In this document: positions 60,100 through 64,000 of the stretch, in pieces
How positions within the stretch are numbered: position 1 is the first letter of the stretch
How the letters are laid out: every line of letters starts with the position of its first letter
NCBI GenBank assembly: GCA_965227295.1
Contig: OZ245742.1
Span: 1,696,001 to 1,760,000 of the forward strand
Source: Leptonemataceae bacterium
GTDB lineage: Bacteria; Spirochaetota; Leptospiria; Leptospirales; Leptonemataceae
Direction of reading: 5' to 3'
DNA length: 64,000 nucleotides
The notes under the pieces: generated by a model
Databases searched by the model: none
What the model was told of the DNA's origin: nothing
What the model saw: the letters and a program-made list of their open reading frames with translations, nothing else
Position numbers and translations under genes: made by a program

Positions 60100-61559
60100 T
60101 TCTGTCCTCCCATCCGTTCCAGAGATGCAATCAACTCTTTCGCCTTCGCGCGCAACGTTTCCGCTTCGTTTTCCAGTTCGTCGGCTTTCACCAGGTCGAG
60201 CAGTTGTTGGAGCACGTCGCCCATACGCGGTCCGGGTTTCATGCCGAGTTCCATGAGGCCGTGCCCGTCGATGCGGAGATTACGGATCTTCAGCTCGGCC
60301 TCTTCGGCGCGGATGCGTTCAATGTGCCGCATGAGATCTTTGATCGCCCGGGGCAGTGCATGATGTTTGCCCGAGCCTTTGCGATCGGCCAGGCGCAACG
60401 TGATGAGATCTTCCAGGGCTTCCGGCGCAACCTTGCGTACGAAGCGACGCACGGCACGATCGGTCCACTCGCTGGTGTAGTGGAACATGTGATTGCGCAC
60501 GAGGAACTTCACGTGTTTGATGAGCTGCGGCGGGAAACCGAAGCGCTTGAGAATGCGATCGGTGTGCTTTGTGCTCACCACCTCGTGATTGTGGAACGTG
60601 GCCTCGCCGTTGCGCTGCACGCGCCGCGTATCGACCTTGCCCAGATCGTGAAAGAGGGCCGAGAGGCGCAGGGGCAGATTGGGCCCGTCCACCGCATCGC
60701 AGCTGTAGATGCTGTGAAAGAAGATGTCGTGTTTGTGATAGCGGTTCTGCGAAAGATCGCGGCCGGCGGCGAGCTCCGGCAGAAACCACTGGAGCAGGCC
60801 GATCTCATCGAGATACAAAAAGGCCCGGCTGGGCTTCGCGCCGCAGATGAGCTTCTTGAACTGGCGGCCGAGGAAGCGGCGACCCAGTTGCTGCAATTCT
60901 TTTTCGAATTCCGGGCGAGCAGAGTCCATGCGCAGGTCTTCCAGCAAGGCCTCGTCCAGGGAGAAATCCAGCATGGACGTGAGTACGGTGATGCGCACAA
61001 TGTCCGCGGCACTCAGCGGGCCGGCTGGCCCGTCCGCGCGACGTAGGATTCCCGCTTCCAGGTCGGCCAGGCCCTGCTCATCGCCGGTCCAGGCGTTTTC
61101 GCCGGCATCGAACCGGAGGCGATCGATGGTAAAGATGGGGCCGTCTTCCCGGGAAGTCTCTTCGGTCGCGGCGGCTGCTCCGGCGTCGAAAACGATGCAG
61201 TGAAAGGCCGCTTCTTTCGCCCGGGCGTCCTCGTCGCGGGTGAGCGCGTTGCGCGGCGCCTCGGAGTCCGGAAACTCCAGCAGGAATTTGATTTCGTGCG
61301 GGAGCAGCAGCGGGCCGTCCGCCGCCGGCGATGCGTGCAGGACCGCCGCATTCTTTGAGCTGGAAAAACGCTCGTTGAGGCGCTGGAATTCCGCGGGTTC
61401 CGCGGCGATGCGGGCCACCGGAACGCGTGCGCGAATGAACTTGAGGCTCTGGCCGGATACCGGGGCGCGGACGTCCATCTCACTCAGCCAGTTCAGCAGG
61501 CTTTCGGGAGGATGAACCGGCGCAACAGCCGGGCGGTGGCGTGTAATCGTCGTAGTCAC
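60096..61559 (-). CDS. HD-domain protein with CCA-adding-enzyme architecture and a degenerate nucleotidyltransferase head
   Basis: QNRYHKHD..H, LFHDLGK, FHNHE, VRNHM, LADRKG, GMKPGPRMG; no GGxVRD/DxD or RRD motif. Confidence 0.8.
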   Translation of the reverse strand: MTTTITRHRPAVAPVHPPESLLNWLSEMDVRAPVSGQSLKFIRARVPVARIAAEPAEFQRLNERFSSSKNAAVLHASPAADGPLLLPHEIKFLLEFPDSEAPRNALTRDEDARAKEAAFHCIVFDAGAAAATEETSREDGPIFTIDRLRFDAGENAWTGDEQGLADLEAGILRRADGPAGPLSAADIVRITVLTSMLDFSLDEALLEDLRMDSARPEFEKELQQLGRRFLGRQFKKLICGAKPSRAFLYLDEIGLLQWFLPELAAGRDLSQNRYHKHDIFFHSIYSCDAVDGPNLPLRLSALFHDLGKVDTRRVQRNGEATFHNHEVVSTKHTDRILKRFGFPPQLIKHVKFLVRNHMFHYTSEWTDRAVRRFVRKVAPEALEDLITLRLADRKGSGKHHALPRAIKDLMRHIERIRAEEAELKIRNLRIDGHGLMELGMKPGPRMGDVLQQLLDLVKADELENEAETLRAKAKELIASLERMGGQK

Positions 61560-61643
61560 GTTTAGATGGAAGGGGAAAAATAAATTCGGTGCAAGTCTAC
61601 CGTATACCAAAAAATAAGACGAATTATTCCGGGCAACCAGGCA

Positions 61644-62204
61644 TTGAGAAACCAGTACGGGCAGCGCATTCTCGTGAGCCGTGAAGAGATCGCGACGGCG
61701 GTGGAACACATGGGCGCGGCGATTTCCCGGGATTACTCCGGACGGCAACTGACGCTGATCGGCGCGCTGAAGGGCTGCTACGTTTTCATGGCCGACCTGG
61801 CCCGGGCCATCCGGCTGCCGCTCTTCATCGATTTTCTGGAGGTCTCCTCGTACGGCGACGAGACGGAGTCCTCCGGCATTGTGAAGATTACGAAGGATTT
61901 CCAGCACAGCATTACCGGTCAGCACGTCATCGTCGTGGAGGACCTGGTGGATACGGGGCTTACCCTGAATCATCTCATGGAACTCATGGAAACGCGCCGG
62001 CCCGCATCCCTGGCCATCGCCGCCCTGTTGGTGAAACGCGAGAAGCAGCAGCTCCGATATCCCCTACAGTACTACGGCTACGACATCGGGGATGAATTCG
62101 TGGTCGGCTACGGCATGGATTACAGCGGCTTCTTCCGGAATCTCGACCACGTGGCGGTCTGGGAGCCGGATATGCAGCTTCCGGCCGGCGCCCGGGATGC
62201 CTGA
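61644..62204 (+). CDS. hpt: Hypoxanthine phosphoribosyltransferase
   Basis: LKG..FMADL, VSSYG, VEDLVDTGLTL, FVVGYGMDY. Confidence 0.95.
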   Translation: MRNQYGQRILVSREEIATAVEHMGAAISRDYSGRQLTLIGALKGCYVFMADLARAIRLPLFIDFLEVSSYGDETESSGIVKITKDFQHSITGQHVIVVEDLVDTGLTLNHLMELMETRRPASLAIAALLVKREKQQLRYPLQYYGYDIGDEFVVGYGMDYSGFFRNLDHVAVWEPDMQLPAGARDA

Positions 62205-62207
62205 AAA

Positions 62208-62222
62208 TGTAGGAACTCCTAC
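62208..62222. promoter_or_regulatory. Palindrome GTAGGA-AC-TCCTAC
   Basis: Perfect 6-2-6 dyad right after the hpt stop; 14/15 identical to 28182-28196. Confidence 0.5.
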
Positions 62223-62366
62223 GGATTATGTCGCATAAGCCGGGAAAATGTGTAAGTTGTAACTAAAAACTGCAGATTTTTGATTGTTTCCGGCCCCGGA
62301 CTGTCTTATCTGACTCATGTACCTGAAATCGTTCGACGATGTATGAATCGAACGGGGAGGTTCGCC

Positions 62367-62702
62367 ATGAACCTGAACATTGTACCTATGGATGTGATTG
62401 AGTCTCAAGCCCGGAACGCTCTGGATGCAGGCATTGGTCTGTATCACACCGTCCGCTGCCGGATCGAAGAGCTGGAGCAGGACGTCCAGACCGCGGTCTC
62501 CAGCGCCCGGGACGTCTTCGAGGACCTGGTCACCCAGGGCGCCGCCGAGCAAAGCGGTACGGCCGTCCGGTTGCGGGGGCTTCTTGATGAAGGGATTGAT
62601 TACGTCAGCCAGTCTCGCTGGAAAGACGATCGTCGCTCCGGCTACGAAAGCATTACCGAGCCCCTGCGTCGCCGCGGCGAGTGGCCGTCTTCTTTCGATT
62701 AA
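62367..62702 (+). CDS. Phasin-related small helical protein
   Basis: LDAGIGL...FEDLVTQGA..S..AVRLR..LD; GGAGG RBS. Confidence 0.65.
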   Translation: MNLNIVPMDVIESQARNALDAGIGLYHTVRCRIEELEQDVQTAVSSARDVFEDLVTQGAAEQSGTAVRLRGLLDEGIDYVSQSRWKDDRRSGYESITEPLRRRGEWPSSFD

Positions 62703-62802
62703 ATTGATGGTATCGCCGAACGTAGTAAGTTTTTTTTATCGATAAAGCTGATAAATAAAATTTACTAATTGCTCCGTGAGGCGAGCGGGCAACCTTGCCC
62801 CC

Positions 62803-63504
62803 ATGGGAAGGTTTGCCGCGCCGACCCGGTTTGCCGGGTTATTGCCGGTGGTGCTGTTGCTGACGACCGCGTGCCTCGACGGTCAGGAGTGCAGTTCTAC
62901 CGATATCTCCTGCAACGAACTCAGCCTGGCCGTGCTCGGTGGGCTTGTGCAGACGCAGAGCGAGAGTGCGTCTGCTTCGCCCGAGTCCGGTAGTGACGGC
63001 AGTGGCTCCGGGGGCAACGGTATCCCGGCCTTCCGCCACATTTATCTCATAATCACCCCCAAAGACGGCAACCTGGGCGGTATCACCGGCGCGGACGCCG
63101 CCTGCCTGGCGGACAATCCCGGTTTATCCGGAACGTTTCGAGCCATGATTGTCGACGGCGCTGCGCGCATTGCGTCGGTGACGGCGAATGCCGGAGACGG
63201 CCAGATGGACTGGGTCTTGCAGGCCAATACTGAATACCGTCGACAGGATGGAACCACTGTCGTCGGCACAACGAATTCCGCGGCACTCTTTACGTTTCCC
63301 CTGGACAACGCCTTCGGTTCCGGGCCGGCCTGGACCGGCCTCGATACGGACTGGACCGCGCATCCGGACAACTGCACGAACTGGGGGGTGACCACCGGTA
63401 ACGGCAGCAGCGGCAACTCCGGACAGGTTTCCCAGCAGGCGATTCGGCAGAACTCCCCGGGGTGTTCCTCGCTGCGTTCGTTGATCTGCGTGGAAGTTCC
63501 CTGA
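62803..63504 (+). CDS. DUF1554 (Len/endostatin-like) lipoprotein
   Basis: TTAC lipobox; GNLGGITGADAAC, AMIVDG..RIAS..DWVL..NTEY, WTGL, CTNW, LICVE. Confidence 0.88.
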   Translation: MGRFAAPTRFAGLLPVVLLLTTACLDGQECSSTDISCNELSLAVLGGLVQTQSESASASPESGSDGSGSGGNGIPAFRHIYLIITPKDGNLGGITGADAACLADNPGLSGTFRAMIVDGAARIASVTANAGDGQMDWVLQANTEYRRQDGTTVVGTTNSAALFTFPLDNAFGSGPAWTGLDTDWTAHPDNCTNWGVTTGNGSSGNSGQVSQQAIRQNSPGCSSLRSLICVEVP

Positions 63505-63519
63505 ATTCCGAACCGGTCT

Positions 63520-64000
63520 TCAGTTGGAATTCGCAGGTTTTGGTTCGTCCATGCGCTGCAAAAGTTGCACGGCTTCTTCGAGATCCAGTACGGCGTGAAA
63601 GTAATCGAGGTAGCCGAGCATGTTCAGATACTGGTATAATTTTTCCGAAAGCTGGGTGCACACGAATACGTGGCCGCGTTCTTTGAGTTTGCCTGCAAGT
63701 TCGATCAAGAAGTTCATACCCACGTTGTTGATGTAAGTCACGTGCTTGAAGGTGAGTATGATGTGCCGGCTCAACTGTTCTTCTTCAAAGAGTTTCCGAA
63801 ATGCCTTTTCCAGACGCTTGCGAGTGCGTTCGTCCAGCGGTCCCATCACCTGGACCATGCTGACGTCGAAGTCACGCGGTAGTTTGCTGTGGGCCACGGG
63901 ACCGTAGCTACGAACAGAGTCCGCATCGTTTTTGCGGCTTTCCAGGACACGGGCCCGCGCGGCGTTGATGGTATCGAGTAGTTCTCGGGAATCGATCGGC
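63520..64000 (-). CDS. Probable receiver + STAS fusion, 5' truncated by the window edge
   Basis: Frame stays open past 63897 to the edge, reading PIDSRELLDTI (resembles the end of a REC domain) before the STAS domain. Confidence 0.7.
   Translation of the reverse strand, partial: PIDSRELLDTINAARARVLESRKNDADSVRSYGPVAHSKLPRDFDVSMVQVMGPLDERTRKRLEKAFRKLFEEEQLSRHIILTFKHVTYINNVGMNFLIELAGKLKERGHVFVCTQLSEKLYQYLNMLGYLDYFHAVLDLEEAVQLLQRMDEPKPANSN

Noticed and set aside
61560-61973. N-terminal extension of the 625-aa HD ORF
   Set aside because: Overlaps hpt on the opposite strand; a start near GTG 61559 is more plausible

Overview
High-GC chromosomal segment of about 50 genes, probably from a Leptospirales-like spirochaete (DUF1554/Len-type lipoprotein, 7TM-DISM sensor, HAMP-SpoIIE, HATPase-HDOD, membrane AraC and phasin-like proteins). 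I saw no rRNA, tRNA, CRISPR array, integrase or transposase. Housekeeping genes (leuA, hppA, hpt, nrnA, lepB, FKBP, SufT-like) are mixed with signalling and lipid-scavenging genes. Highlights: (1) an orphan ~1930-aa DUF6519-type tail fibre carrying a seven-bladed EPTP/EAR-repeat propeller and a C1q-like tip, followed by a phage fibre chaperone, with no other tail genes in the window; (2) an NsrR-like repressor with its own operator, coupled to a FixL-type heme-PAS adenylate cyclase; (3) a membrane-anchored sigma-54 activator divergent from a secreted lipase, with a consensus -24/-12 promoter and four tandem palindromes; (4) an AT-richer two-gene cassette with an HrgA-like PD-(D/E)XK nuclease; (5) a small family of CCGAGG-periodic inverted-repeat elements; (6) several apparently leaderless promoters. 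All family calls come from motifs read by eye, not from database searches.
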